DNA from: Treponemataceae bacterium
Lineage (GTDB): Bacteria > Spirochaetota > Spirochaetia > Treponematales > Rectinemataceae
DNA: 64,000 nt
Direction: 5' to 3'
Assembly: GCA_963678065.2 (NCBI GenBank)
Contig: CAXXVZ010000003.1
Location: forward strand, 192,001 to 256,000
The translations under genes were made by a program, and so were the position numbers. Below, piece by piece: positions 40,868 through 50,973 of the stretch. The notes beneath the pieces were generated by a model that was not told the origin of the DNA, searched no databases, and worked only from the letters and a program-made list of their open reading frames with translations. Each line of letters opens with the position of its first letter. The first letter of the stretch is position 1.

Positions 40868-41695
40868 TTAGCGGGCGGCTTTGAGCGCCTCAGCGGCGAG
40901 ACTCACCACCGTGAGGTGGATCGAGGCGCCGGAAACCGCGTCGGAGGTTCCGTCGGCTTTCATGGCGATCTTCGCAGGATCGCCGGCCTTGACGATAGCA
41001 TCCTCGACAGCCGCGGCCTGGACATTCCACTCGCCTTTCTTCGCAGCCTTGGCCATGCCGTACTTGCCGGTTTCGGCTTCGATGAGCTTGGACTTCTTGG
41101 TGTTGTCCTTATAGGTGCCGTTCCAGAGAACGTCGACGATGGTTCCGTTCACGACGACGACGACGGCTGAGTCCTTCCAGCCGGAGTTCTTGTCGAAAGA
41201 GGACTGCTCGGCGTAGAAGTAGCCGTCTTTCTTGAAGGCGCCCTTCGAAATGGGCGCGGAGGCGAGGGCCTTGCTCACGAGCTCGATGAAGCCCTTGGTG
41301 GTCATGGAAGCGCCGGAGATGGCGTCGGTCTTTCCGTCTTTGTCGAACTTGGCGAGGGAGAGATCCTGGCTCTTCACGAGCCATGACTCGGCGGCGGCGG
41401 CCTGCTGATCCCACTCGGTTCCGAGCTTGGAAGCCTTCTTCATGCCATACTTGCCGGCGGCGGCCCAGGACTTTTTGTCCGTGACGCCGGGAAGATTGCC
41501 GAGGCCGTTCCACGACACGGCGGTGATCTTCCCGCCAGCCACGGTCAGGGTGACCTGATCCTTCCAGCCTGACTTGCTGAAGCCGGACTCGGAAGCGAAG
41601 TAGACGCCGTCCTTCACCTTGGAAAGATCGACCTGCGCAAAAGCGAAGCCCGCCGAGAAGGCAAGCAGAAGGGCAACTGCGAGAATCTTTTTCAT
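40868..41695 (-). CDS. Exported protein with two FMN-binding (flavinylation) domains
   Basis: Signal peptide MKKILAVALLLAFSAGFAFA; two homologous halves ending in DAISGAS and DAVSGAS ([S/T]GA[S/T] motif). Confidence 0.88.
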   Translation of the reverse strand: MKKILAVALLLAFSAGFAFAQVDLSKVKDGVYFASESGFSKSGWKDQVTLTVAGGKITAVSWNGLGNLPGVTDKKSWAAAGKYGMKKASKLGTEWDQQAAAAESWLVKSQDLSLAKFDKDGKTDAISGASMTTKGFIELVSKALASAPISKGAFKKDGYFYAEQSSFDKNSGWKDSAVVVVVNGTIVDVLWNGTYKDNTKKSKLIEAETGKYGMAKAAKKGEWNVQAAAVEDAIVKAGDPAKIAMKADGTSDAVSGASIHLTVVSLAAEALKAAR

Positions 41696-41878
41696 GATAT
41701 CCTCCGTGAGATGATACTGAATATATGAGTATAAAATCATTGAATCAATATATTGTCAATGAATCATAAATGAGTCACACCAGCGTTCGAAGCGCCGTCT
41801 CGTTTCAATCGTCGATTATGACGAAGCCGCTTGACAGTCCGCGGCACCGACTATAGGGTTTTGCCGGGGGTACGCAGG

Positions 41879-43189
41879 ATGAACATTCTCGCCGAAGAAC
41901 TCAACAGGGCACTCGCAGGAACCGTGGCCGAACGCCTTCTATCCGACATGGGCAGGCGCATGTATTTCCCGAAGGGTATCCTCACCCAGAGCGCCGAAGC
42001 CACCCAGAAAGCCCACCGCTTCAACGCCACAGTCGGCATGGCCTACACCCGCGGCGAACCCATGATTCTCGACGCCATCCGGGAAGGCATGCCCACGCTC
42101 AACCCCTACGAGGCTGTCGCCTACGCCCCCACGAGCGGAGTCCAGGCCGTGCGCGAGCGCTGGAAGAAAGCCCTCATCGAGAAGAATCCTTCCCTTTCGG
42201 GCTCGGTCTACTCCCTGCCCGTCGTCGTGCCTGGCCTCACCGCCGCCGTCTCGTACCTCGCCGACATGTTCGTCGAGCCGGGCGATACTGTCGTCGTTCC
42301 CGACCTCCACTGGCCCAACTATCGCCTCATCGTGGAAGAGCGGAAGACCGCCGCCGGCCTGACCTATCCCATATTTGCCGATGGTGGCTTCAACGTCGCC
42401 GGCATGGAAGCGCAGCTTCGAGAGGCGGGAAGCAGGCGCGGCAAGGCCATCTGCGTCCTCAACTTCCCGAACAACCCCACGGGCTATTCGCCCACCCTCG
42501 CCGAAGCCACATCCATCGTCGAGGCGCTCTGCCGCATAGCGGACGAGGGCACGGACCTCCTCGTCATCATGGACGACGCCTACTTCGGCCTCCAGTATGA
42601 AGAAGGCCTCCTCAAAGAATCCCTCTTCGGCCCACTTTCGGCGGTTCACGAGAACATCCTCGCAGTCAAGGCCGACGGCCCCACGAAGGAGGACTACGTC
42701 TGGGGCTTCCGCGTCGGCTTCGTCACCTTCGCCGGCAAAGGCCTCTCAGCCACCCACTGCGAAGCTCTCACCAAGAAACTCGGCGGAGTCATCCGCTCCT
42801 CGGTCTCCAACTCCAACGCTCCCGGTCAGAACCTCCTTCTTAAGGCCCTGGAATTCCCTGGCTACGAGGAGCAGAAAAAAGCCTACCGGGCCATCCTGGA
42901 GAGCCGGTACCGCGCCATGAAAAACTGGCTTGCGACCACGGGCGCTCCCGGCTGTCTGGCGCCTCTTCCCTTCAACTCAGGCTACTTCATGAGCTTCGAG
43001 TGCAAAGGCATCTCCGCGGAGGCCCTCCGGATCAAGCTTCTCGACGAGAAGGGCATCGGCACCATCTCCATGCAGGACAGGTACCTCCGCGTCGCCTTCT
43101 CCAGCGTCGAGGCCGGCGACATCCCGGAACTCTGCGACGAGATCGCCGCCGCGGCCACCTGGCTCGCCTCCGCCAAGTCCGGCCACTGA
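41879..43189 (+). CDS. PLP-dependent aminotransferase class I/II
   Basis: NATVG, LNFPNNPTGY, DDAYFG, GPTKEDYVWGFRVGF. Confidence 0.92.
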   Translation: MNILAEELNRALAGTVAERLLSDMGRRMYFPKGILTQSAEATQKAHRFNATVGMAYTRGEPMILDAIREGMPTLNPYEAVAYAPTSGVQAVRERWKKALIEKNPSLSGSVYSLPVVVPGLTAAVSYLADMFVEPGDTVVVPDLHWPNYRLIVEERKTAAGLTYPIFADGGFNVAGMEAQLREAGSRRGKAICVLNFPNNPTGYSPTLAEATSIVEALCRIADEGTDLLVIMDDAYFGLQYEEGLLKESLFGPLSAVHENILAVKADGPTKEDYVWGFRVGFVTFAGKGLSATHCEALTKKLGGVIRSSVSNSNAPGQNLLLKALEFPGYEEQKKAYRAILESRYRAMKNWLATTGAPGCLAPLPFNSGYFMSFECKGISAEALRIKLLDEKGIGTISMQDRYLRVAFSSVEAGDIPELCDEIAAAATWLASAKSGH

Positions 43190-43236
43190 TCCGTCTTAAG
43201 GGCCTCCGCGCCCGCCGTGGTCGGCTCCCTCTCCTG

Positions 43237-44475
43237 TCAAAACCCGGAGAGCGGTATCTCCAGCCTCAGCAGCACGGGAAAGTGATCCGATACCGATCTC
43301 ATGTCCACGTCGGGATCGCTGTCGCGCACGGCGACGCTTCCTCCGACATAGGCTGACTTCGCCGCCCCTGATAGAAGGATGTGGTCGAGAATATTCCGGT
43401 GGGCCCCCTTATCGTAGGTCGGTTTTCCCGGAAGAAGGTACTCGTTCACTGCGAAGAGGTCATTCGTGCTCTGGGCGTCGTCCCTGATCTGGAGATAGCC
43501 CATCGTCGTGGTCCCGAGCCCCGACTCCGCACCCTCGCCGACCGGCAGCCTGTCGCCGACTGATGTCGTGTTCATGTCCCCGGCGACGACGACCAGGCGT
43601 TTTTCGTCGACGCGGCCGCGCAGATAGTCGGCGAGGGCCCGCGCCTGGGCGCGCCGCTTTCCGAGCGAGTCGGCGTCGGACAAAGCCTTCAGGTGCAATC
43701 CGATTACGGTGAGTTCCCGCCCTTTCACGTCGATGCGCGCGAGGAGGGCGGGGCGGGGCCAGTCCCCCTTTCTGTCCGCTCTCGCGACAGACTCCTGCGA
43801 GACTATGCGGTAACGGCTCAATATGGCGATGTCGTCCTGCGTGCCCGTCTCGAGGATGGCCGTGTAGGGCATGGTCCACCCCTCCTTCGCGAGCGCAAAG
43901 GAGAGCGAAGTCATGTCCCCCCCGGGTTTGCTGTCGGACTGGACTTCCTCGAGGACAAGAATGTCCGCGCCGGCATTCTTTGTCACGCGGGCGATGCTGT
44001 CGTGCAGGTTTGTGCGTATGCCCGTCTTCTTGTCGACGATTGCGCAGTCCCTGACATTCCAGGTGGCGATCGTCAGGCTCTGAACGGATCCCTTGGCGGC
44101 CGGAACTGGCGTTGGCGTCGGTTTTGTCGCTTGGGCGGCGGGTTTGACAAGAGGCTCCGGCGTCGGCACAGGACGAGGGGAGGGAAGGGTGGTCGCGGTG
44201 ATCGCTTTCTGCGCCGCGATCGTTTCCGCGGACGGAGTCCTTCCCGGCCCCGGATTCCTGGCGAACCACAGTCCCATGATGAAAACAACGCTCGCGAGGA
44301 CGAGTATCCCCGCGACCGTGGACGCGATTCTCTTCGCCTGAGCCCCCTCGGGCTCCTCTTCCCGCGATTTTCCGCCGGAAGCCTGAGCCGCGGAGGGGGA
44401 AGGTCTGTTCCCGGGCCTGCCGGCCCTTCGCGAAACCGCGCCCGGCCCGGCCACTCGTCGGCCTTCCTTCGCCAT
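43237..44475 (-). CDS. Membrane-anchored endonuclease/exonuclease/phosphatase family protein
   Basis: TM helix + P/T linker; IATWNV, ADILVLEEV, HLKA, AGDMN, LDHIL, SDHFPV. Confidence 0.88.
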   Translation of the reverse strand: MAKEGRRVAGPGAVSRRAGRPGNRPSPSAAQASGGKSREEEPEGAQAKRIASTVAGILVLASVVFIMGLWFARNPGPGRTPSAETIAAQKAITATTLPSPRPVPTPEPLVKPAAQATKPTPTPVPAAKGSVQSLTIATWNVRDCAIVDKKTGIRTNLHDSIARVTKNAGADILVLEEVQSDSKPGGDMTSLSFALAKEGWTMPYTAILETGTQDDIAILSRYRIVSQESVARADRKGDWPRPALLARIDVKGRELTVIGLHLKALSDADSLGKRRAQARALADYLRGRVDEKRLVVVAGDMNTTSVGDRLPVGEGAESGLGTTTMGYLQIRDDAQSTNDLFAVNEYLLPGKPTYDKGAHRNILDHILLSGAAKSAYVGGSVAVRDSDPDVDMRSVSDHFPVLLRLEIPLSGF

Positions 44476-44507
44476 TTTCTCTCCCTGTCGGACTTACTTC
44501 GTCGCGC

Positions 44508-45686
44508 TTATTTCAGGATATACGAAGTGAGCGGCGGGAAGCCGTTGAAATAGATGGAAGAGTAACTCTGTGTGTATGCGCCCGTAGTCAGGATGTAGAC
44601 CCTGTCGCCGATGCGCGCGCTCTCGGGCATGAGGTAGGTCGCCTTCTCGTAGAGGATGTCCATCGAGTCACAGGTGGGGCCTGCGAGGATCACGTCCACG
44701 GAGTTGCCCGAACCCTCGAAGTAGATTGGGTATTTGATCGCCTCGTCCAGGGTCTCGATGAGGCCGCCGAACTTGCCGATGTCGAGGAAGACCCAGGGGT
44801 AGCGGTCGTGGACCGATTTCTTCGCGATGTTGACGATCTCCGCGACGATGACGCCCGAGTCGCCGGCCATGGATCGACCCGGCTCGATGATGATCTCCTC
44901 GGGCCAGTGGTCCTTGAACGTGTTGTCGAGGAACCTGCGGATGTCGTCGGCGTACTGGCCGATGTTGTCGGTCGGGTCGACATAGTTGGCGGGGAATCCG
45001 CCCCCCATGTTGATCATCTTGAGGTCGACGTGGGCGTCCTCGCGGGCCCAGTTGAAGAGCTGGCCGACCGTGGTCAGGGCCGAAGACCACTGGCCGACAT
45101 CGCGCTGCTGGCTTCCCGGATGGAAGGAGATGCCGTAGGGCTCGAGGCCGAAGCGCACCGCCGTCTTGATGAGCTGACGGGCCAGGTCGGGGTGGGAGCC
45201 GAACTTGCGCGAGAGCGGCCAGTCCGCGCCCAAACCTTCAGTGAGAAGGCGGAAGAAAACCCGCGAGCCGGGGGCGGCGCGTGAGATTTTGTCGAGGTCG
45301 GAAAGCGAATCGGTCACGAAGAGCCTCACGCCCTTCTCGAAGAAATAGGCGATGTCCTTCTCTTTCTTGATCGTGTTGCCGAAGCTCATCCGATCCGGAG
45401 AAATTCCGAGTCTGAGGAGCTGGTCGAGTTCGTAGCGGGTCGCCACATCGAAGTTGGAGCCGAGATCCCTGAGGAGCGAAACCACCGCGTCGTCCGGATT
45501 CGCCTTGACCGCGTAGTAGATTTTCGCGAACGAGAGGTGTGAGCGGAGTTCCTGGTACTTCTGTCTGATGACGTCGAGATCCAGGATGAGACAGGGCGTT
45601 TCGAGCCCTTTGGAGAAATCCTTGATGCGCTCGAACTTCTCTTTAGCCATGAAGTTTTCGAGCGGGAAGCGGTACTGATCGTTCAA
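44508..45686 (-). CDS. Type III PLP-dependent ornithine/lysine decarboxylase
   Basis: YAVKAN, FDVAT, KFG, SFHPGSQ, GGGFP, EPGR, GPTCDSMD, GAYT; TTG start with AAGGAGAGG SD. Confidence 0.93.
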   Translation of the reverse strand: MNDQYRFPLENFMAKEKFERIKDFSKGLETPCLILDLDVIRQKYQELRSHLSFAKIYYAVKANPDDAVVSLLRDLGSNFDVATRYELDQLLRLGISPDRMSFGNTIKKEKDIAYFFEKGVRLFVTDSLSDLDKISRAAPGSRVFFRLLTEGLGADWPLSRKFGSHPDLARQLIKTAVRFGLEPYGISFHPGSQQRDVGQWSSALTTVGQLFNWAREDAHVDLKMINMGGGFPANYVDPTDNIGQYADDIRRFLDNTFKDHWPEEIIIEPGRSMAGDSGVIVAEIVNIAKKSVHDRYPWVFLDIGKFGGLIETLDEAIKYPIYFEGSGNSVDVILAGPTCDSMDILYEKATYLMPESARIGDRVYILTTGAYTQSYSSIYFNGFPPLTSYILK

Positions 45687-45839
45687 GTCGGTACCTCTCC
45701 TTTAATTGATGATAGTCGCGCGCCAGAGCTTTCCGTCGCGGGCTCCATTGTTCAGAATACGGGCTTTTCCCGCGTTCGGTCAAGGATGGATATGCCGCGG
45801 TATATTGCCTTTCCGTCCGAGCTGCGCTATATGGATAGG

Positions 45840-46616
45840 ATGCTAGGATTTTACTTCAAAAAAGCCTTTTTCGACGGCTGGGACCATCTCTTCGCCCTGG
45901 TGGCCTTGAACCTCGTCTTCCTCGGCCTCGTCGCCCTCGTCGTGATTCTCCCCATGTCGCTGGGGCTCTCGGGCGCCCTGACCCTCGTACCCGTATCCCT
46001 CGCCATACTCCTCTGCTCCGTCTGGTGGTCGGCCTGCGTCTACGCCCTCGTACGCGTCGCCGATTACGGCTCGGTCGCCTTCCGCGAGGTCCTGGACGAC
46101 CTCAAGGCCGGCCTCGTTCCCGGCCTCCAGATGGCCGCCGTCGCGATAGTCGGCTGGGTTCTCGTATCAGTCGGCCTCCCTTTCTATCTCTCCAACGGGG
46201 GGCTCCTCGGAGTCTTCGCGGCCGGAATCCTCTTCTGGTGCGCCCTCATCGCCCTGTTATCGCTGCAGTATTACATCCCTCTGCGCGCCCGCCTCGGCGG
46301 AGGCTTCAAAAAGAACATCCGGAAATCCTTCATCATGTTCTTCGACAACGCCGCTTTCTCGATCTTCCTTCTCATCTACAACGCAGTCACCTTCGCCATC
46401 TCCTTCTTCCTCGCCTTCATGGCGCCTGGATTTGCCGGCATGGCCCTCGCCCTCGACGTGGCGGTCAGGCTCAGGATGAAGAAATACGACTGGCTCGAGG
46501 CCAATCCCGGAGCCAACCGCAAGAAGGTCCCTTGGGACGAACTGCTCGAGGAAGACAAGGATCTCGTCGGCCCCCGCACGCTCAAGGGCATGATCTTCCC
46601 CTGGAAGGACAAATAA
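45840..46616 (+). CDS. Hypothetical multi-pass membrane protein (start uncertain, 45786-45840)
   Basis: Five to six hydrophobic helices; codon usage typical of the window. Confidence 0.78.
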   Translation: MLGFYFKKAFFDGWDHLFALVALNLVFLGLVALVVILPMSLGLSGALTLVPVSLAILLCSVWWSACVYALVRVADYGSVAFREVLDDLKAGLVPGLQMAAVAIVGWVLVSVGLPFYLSNGGLLGVFAAGILFWCALIALLSLQYYIPLRARLGGGFKKNIRKSFIMFFDNAAFSIFLLIYNAVTFAISFFLAFMAPGFAGMALALDVAVRLRMKKYDWLEANPGANRKKVPWDELLEEDKDLVGPRTLKGMIFPWKDK

Positions 46617-46625
46617 AGGTGACAG

Positions 46626-46753
46626 GTGTCAGAAAAGTCGAAATCGACTTTTCTGCACTACATAAAAATCGCGTGTATTCGAAAACCGGCAGGTTTCCGA
46701 ATACACGAATGTCAATCCGATAAAATCCTACAAGCCATTTTATCGGATTGACA
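46626..46753. repeat. Three consecutive long inverted repeats in an intergenic region
   Basis: CAGAAAAGTCGA-AA-TCGACTTTTCTG; CGTGTATTCGAAAACC-GGCA-GGTTTCCGAATACACG; TGTCAATCCGATAAAAT-CCTACAAGCC-ATTTTATCGGATTGACA. Confidence 0.9.
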
Positions 46754-46763
46754 AGGAGCCTTC

Positions 46764-47906
46764 ATGGTAATCTCTACCGATCCCGCACAGAGCGAGGCGG
46801 CCCTCTCCCGTCTCGTCTTCATACGTCTGCCCGAGGCCCTCAAGAAGAGCCTCGCGGATATCATTCCCGACGACTCCATCCTCCTGCCCCTGGAGACTGC
46901 CGGAGCCTCCGTTCGGAACGGCATCGACTCCCGCTCCATCACCCCCGAAAGTCTCGTCGCGGGCATGCTGCGCGTCCTCGCCTGGAACCCGGGCCACAAA
47001 CACGCCGCCCAGTACCGCTCCATCGTCGAGGCAGTCCGCCCCGGACTTCTCTCCGAGCTCTCCGAGGCCGGCGTCGCCAAGGCCGGCGAGCGCGAGTGGG
47101 ATATCGCCGAGGAAATCTTCCGCGCCCTCGCGGGCCTCTACCCCGAGGTACCCGAGCCCTTCCTCGACCTCGCCATCCTCTACGAGGAGCGGGCCGAATC
47201 CTACGCCCAGACCGAGCAGAACGAGCTCGCCGAGTCCATGCGAGAGAAAGCCTTCGCCATCTACAAGGACTTCCTCGCCCAGGACCCGCCCTTCGCGCCA
47301 GCCTACTATCAGGCCGCCCTCTTCTTCCTGCGCCGCCAGAACTACTCCCGCGCCCACTCCCTCTTCGCCACCTACCTCAAGATAGGGGAGGACGAGGACA
47401 AAAAGACCCGCGCCGCCGAAATCAGCCGAACCATCGAAGATTCGGGCTACCTCGACAACCTTTTCAAGGAAGCCTTCGACTTCATCAGAATGGGCGAAGA
47501 AGAGAAGGGTCTCGACAAAGCGCGCGAATTCGTGACCCGTCACCCCGAAGTCTGGAATGGCTGGTTCCTCATCGGCTGGGCCTGTCGCCGCCTTTCGCGC
47601 TGGGAAAACGCGCGCGACGCTTTCCAGAAGGCAGTCGAGCTCGGCGCCGACGGGGTCGACGCTCTCAACGAGCTCTCCATCTGCCACATGGAGCTCGGTG
47701 ACTACGCCGCGGCCCGCCGCGCCCTCGAAAAAGCCCTCCGCATCGAGGGCGACAATGTCAAAGTCATCACCAACCTCGGCGTCGTCTCCCTGCGCGCGGG
47801 GAAAGTCGACGAGGCCTCCGGCTTCTTCCGAACAGCCCTCGACCTCGAGCCCGAAGATCCCGTCGCCGCGGGCTGGCTCGCACAGATCGACGGAGCGGCT
47901 TCCTAA
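46764..47906 (+). CDS. Tetratricopeptide repeat protein
   Basis: Repeated TPR-like helices (WFLIGWAC...A.DAFQKAVEL; NLGVV......EA..FFRTALDLEP); SD AAGGAG. Confidence 0.88.
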   Translation: MVISTDPAQSEAALSRLVFIRLPEALKKSLADIIPDDSILLPLETAGASVRNGIDSRSITPESLVAGMLRVLAWNPGHKHAAQYRSIVEAVRPGLLSELSEAGVAKAGEREWDIAEEIFRALAGLYPEVPEPFLDLAILYEERAESYAQTEQNELAESMREKAFAIYKDFLAQDPPFAPAYYQAALFFLRRQNYSRAHSLFATYLKIGEDEDKKTRAAEISRTIEDSGYLDNLFKEAFDFIRMGEEEKGLDKAREFVTRHPEVWNGWFLIGWACRRLSRWENARDAFQKAVELGADGVDALNELSICHMELGDYAAARRALEKALRIEGDNVKVITNLGVVSLRAGKVDEASGFFRTALDLEPEDPVAAGWLAQIDGAAS

Positions 47907-47918
47907 AGAGAGGCGGCC

Positions 47919-48944
47919 ATGATTCCGGACTCTGGGCTCCTTCGCGCCCGCCTCGAAGCCGCGTGCGCCGCCCTCGACTCTGAGGAGCTCCGCATCCGCC
48001 CCGCTGACAGCTCCGGTCGTCCCGGCGGCCTCGTCATTCTTCCCGAGCTGCCCACCATTCTCGTCCCCGACCTCCACGCCCGCGGCGACTTCCTCGCCGC
48101 CATCCTTGGCTGGGCTCCGCCGGGGACAGCGGGCGAAGCCGCGGCAGACAGAACTGCCCCTGCCGCCAGAGCCCCTGCGCCGAATGTCGGCGACCTCCTC
48201 GCCCGCGGCAGGATCAACCTCGTCTGCCTCGGCGACGGCATCAACACGGAGGGCAGCCCCGAAGCCGCGAGGCGCTGGCGTGCCGCCCTCGGCGAATATT
48301 TCTCCGGCTGGAGGGAGCGGAGAGCCATGGACGAGGAGATGGGCCTCGCCCTCGGCGCCATGCTCCAGGTCATGGAACTCAAGGCCGATTACCCCGGCAA
48401 CTTCCATTTTCTCAAAGGCAACCACGACAACCTCGCCGACCGGGCCGACCACGGCGACCGCCACTTCTTCAAGTACGCCTCGGAGAGTGCCATGGGCGCC
48501 TCCTGGTTCGAGTCGACCTACGGCGCCGATCTCCTCGAATCCTGGCGAGGCTTCGAACTCTCATTGCCCCTCGTCGCCCTCCGCCCTGGCTCCGCCGCCG
48601 CTTTTGCGGCGAGTCACGCCGAGCCCGCCACCTGTCTGACCCGCGAGGACATCATCGAGTACAGAGACCGCCCCGACACCGTCTACGCCCTCACCTGGAC
48701 CGGCAACGACGAAGCCCTCCCCGGTTCGGTCCGCGCAAGTCTCGACAAGCTTTTGACGCAGGTCCCCGGCCCGAGGCTCTGGTTCTCGGGTCACCGCCCC
48801 GTCCAGGACCTCATCCGCCTCAGGGCGGACGGCCTCCTCGTGCAGTTCCACAATCCTCACTACGCCCAGTTCGCCTTTCTTGAACCAACGCGCCCCTTCG
48901 ACCCCGAGCGCGACATCGTCAGACTTCTAGGGGTCTTTCATTAG
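47919..48944 (+). CDS. Calcineurin-like metallophosphoesterase
   Basis: PDLHAR, CLGDG, LKGNHD, ASHA and SGH motifs. Confidence 0.82.
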   Translation: MIPDSGLLRARLEAACAALDSEELRIRPADSSGRPGGLVILPELPTILVPDLHARGDFLAAILGWAPPGTAGEAAADRTAPAARAPAPNVGDLLARGRINLVCLGDGINTEGSPEAARRWRAALGEYFSGWRERRAMDEEMGLALGAMLQVMELKADYPGNFHFLKGNHDNLADRADHGDRHFFKYASESAMGASWFESTYGADLLESWRGFELSLPLVALRPGSAAAFAASHAEPATCLTREDIIEYRDRPDTVYALTWTGNDEALPGSVRASLDKLLTQVPGPRLWFSGHRPVQDLIRLRADGLLVQFHNPHYAQFAFLEPTRPFDPERDIVRLLGVFH

Positions 48945-49034
48945 GCCGTCGCAGGGCCTGGTCCTCAGTCCACCCTCGGAACTCTTCTCCAGCCTTGACC
49001 CTGAGCCCTTTCGCCGTTTAGTATAAATTAAAAT

Positions 49035-49841
49035 ATGGCCACCCGACGTCGACCCACGAGAGATACAGGATCCTCCGGCAACACAGGCTGCCTCCTCTGG
49101 CTCGCCGGCGTCATCGTCATCGCCTTTCTCTTCGCCCTCAGCTGGCCGGAAATCCAGGCCACCCTCCAGCGCACGAAGATCGTGGAGACCATCCGCGACC
49201 GCAAATTCGGCGACAAGAAAAAGAACCCTGTCACCCCCGCACCCAAGATCGCCCCCGAGCCGGGAACCGAAACGCCCGGCCAGTCCCTCCCTCCCGGCAT
49301 GCAGCTCCCCGGTTCGACCACAGCGACCACCGTCCTTCCGGGCCCCCTCATGAGTCCCCGCGACCCCAACTCCACGACGACCCTGCCCGCGGCTGAAACC
49401 TCGACGACTCTCGCCCTCCCGAGGCGCCCGGTCAAGCTCTACTTCGTGCGCATCGACGATGACGGCATCATTTCCCGCCAGGAAGTCACCCGCGAGATTC
49501 CCGTGACATCCTCGCCCCTCCTCGACGCCCTCGGCGCCCTCGTGAAAGGGCCCTCCGAAGAGGAGCTCCGGCGCAAACTCGTCTCCTTGATCCCCCTGAA
49601 CTCCCGCCTGCTGTCGGTGAAGATCCAGGGCTCCACCGCCGTCCTCAACTTCAACGAAGCCTTCATGTACAACCGCTTCGGGATCGAGGGCTACGCCGCC
49701 CAGCTCAAGCAGGTCGTCTATACGGCCACCACCTTTCCGACCGTCCAGGACGTCCAGATCCTCATCGAAGGCGAAACCCGCGACTACCTCGGCGGCGAAG
49801 GCGTCTTCATCGGCCGCCCCCTGTCGCGCAACAGCTTCTGA
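49035..49841 (+). CDS. Membrane-anchored GerMN-domain protein
   Basis: TM + P/T linker; AL..L.KGP..EE......SLIP, QVVYTAT.FPTV..VQILIEG. Confidence 0.88.
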   Translation: MATRRRPTRDTGSSGNTGCLLWLAGVIVIAFLFALSWPEIQATLQRTKIVETIRDRKFGDKKKNPVTPAPKIAPEPGTETPGQSLPPGMQLPGSTTATTVLPGPLMSPRDPNSTTTLPAAETSTTLALPRRPVKLYFVRIDDDGIISRQEVTREIPVTSSPLLDALGALVKGPSEEELRRKLVSLIPLNSRLLSVKIQGSTAVLNFNEAFMYNRFGIEGYAAQLKQVVYTATTFPTVQDVQILIEGETRDYLGGEGVFIGRPLSRNSF

Positions 49842-49896
49842 ATCCTAGTCCAAATCTTTTTTCCTCCTTGAGAGTCCGAAGAATCCTGATTTCTCT

Positions 49897-50825
49897 TTAT
49901 CCCAGCTCTTCAGCCGAAATTCCGGTCACTTCGATTATCATGTCGACAGAAATCCCGAGCTGTTTCATCTTCAGCGCGATTGTGCGTTGAGCCGCCGCTT
50001 CTCCCTCGTCGCGCCCCTGCACTATTCCTTGAGCTATCCCTTGGGCTATCCCTTGAGCTATCCCTTGGGCTATCCCTTGAGACAGACCTTCTGCCATTCC
50101 TTTCCGGATGGCATCGCCGCGCATCGAATTTGTCAGCCGCTCGGCCTCGATCTGTCGCCAGTATAAGTCCCGCTCTTCCTCTTCCTTCGTGAAAGCTCCC
50201 ATGATTTCCACAGCCTCCCGCATCGAATCCTGCCGGGCCCACTCGGGCAGTTCCTCTGGGTCGAGTTCCTCTCCCGACGCGAGGAACCTCATCCACCGAG
50301 TGAGGTCGGCAAGGCTTTCTTCTGTAAACGTAAGCCCTTGAGAGTTCTCCTGCAAGACCTGAGAGGGTAGCATTTCTTCTTCCTGAGCAAGCCTGTTCCA
50401 CATGCCCAGCTCCAGAATGACGATCGCGAGGTGATCGTCAAAGACACTATTCGAGGAATCGCGAACCATCCGTATCGCATCGATCCATCGTCCTTCCGGA
50501 AACAGGGGCTCGTTGAATATCCAGACAGCCACGACAGGTTTGTGGTCGCGGTATTCCCCGCCTTTTTGATTTGGTCGGCATAGAGCCTGCAAATGTTGTC
50601 GGTCATCCTGTGATTTGCCGCTTCCAGCTGCCGCAGCTGGATTTCTACCTGGAGGTCTCTCCCTGATTCATCACGGGCCCGGATATCCAGAACTGCGTCT
50701 TTGCCGCCCGAAAAAGTCGCAAGAGAGAAGGGGTTGAGGATGTCGACTGTCCGGACTTTCATTAGCGAATTCGCCCTGATCACCCATTGCCTTAAAACTT
50801 GCATCGTGATTGAAGTTCGCGGCAA
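49897..50825 (-). pseudogene. Rpn family / PD-(D/E)XK nuclease-transposase-like gene, frameshifted and apparently 5'-truncated
   Basis: ILNP...LDIRARD......VEIQ in one frame continues as GGEYRDHKPVVAVWI...ILEL...IALKMK..G.....I..VTG in another. The shift is at an A5 run (50563-50567). GIAQ repeats near the C-terminus. Confidence 0.85.
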
Positions 50826-50973
50826 TTTTCATTTTTCTCCCCATTTCATGAAAATCCTGCTGGAATCCCGGTAATCCTGCCTAAACTCTCAATCCACATT
50901 GTTCCCCGCCCAATTCCATGCTATCCTGTCAAACAAAAGCACGTTTCGTTCTCCGAACCAAAGGAGGCATAAA

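Noticed and set aside
50826..50973. Glycine riboswitch upstream of gcvT
   Set aside because: No GGAGA...CCGAAG...CTCTCAGG aptamer pattern.
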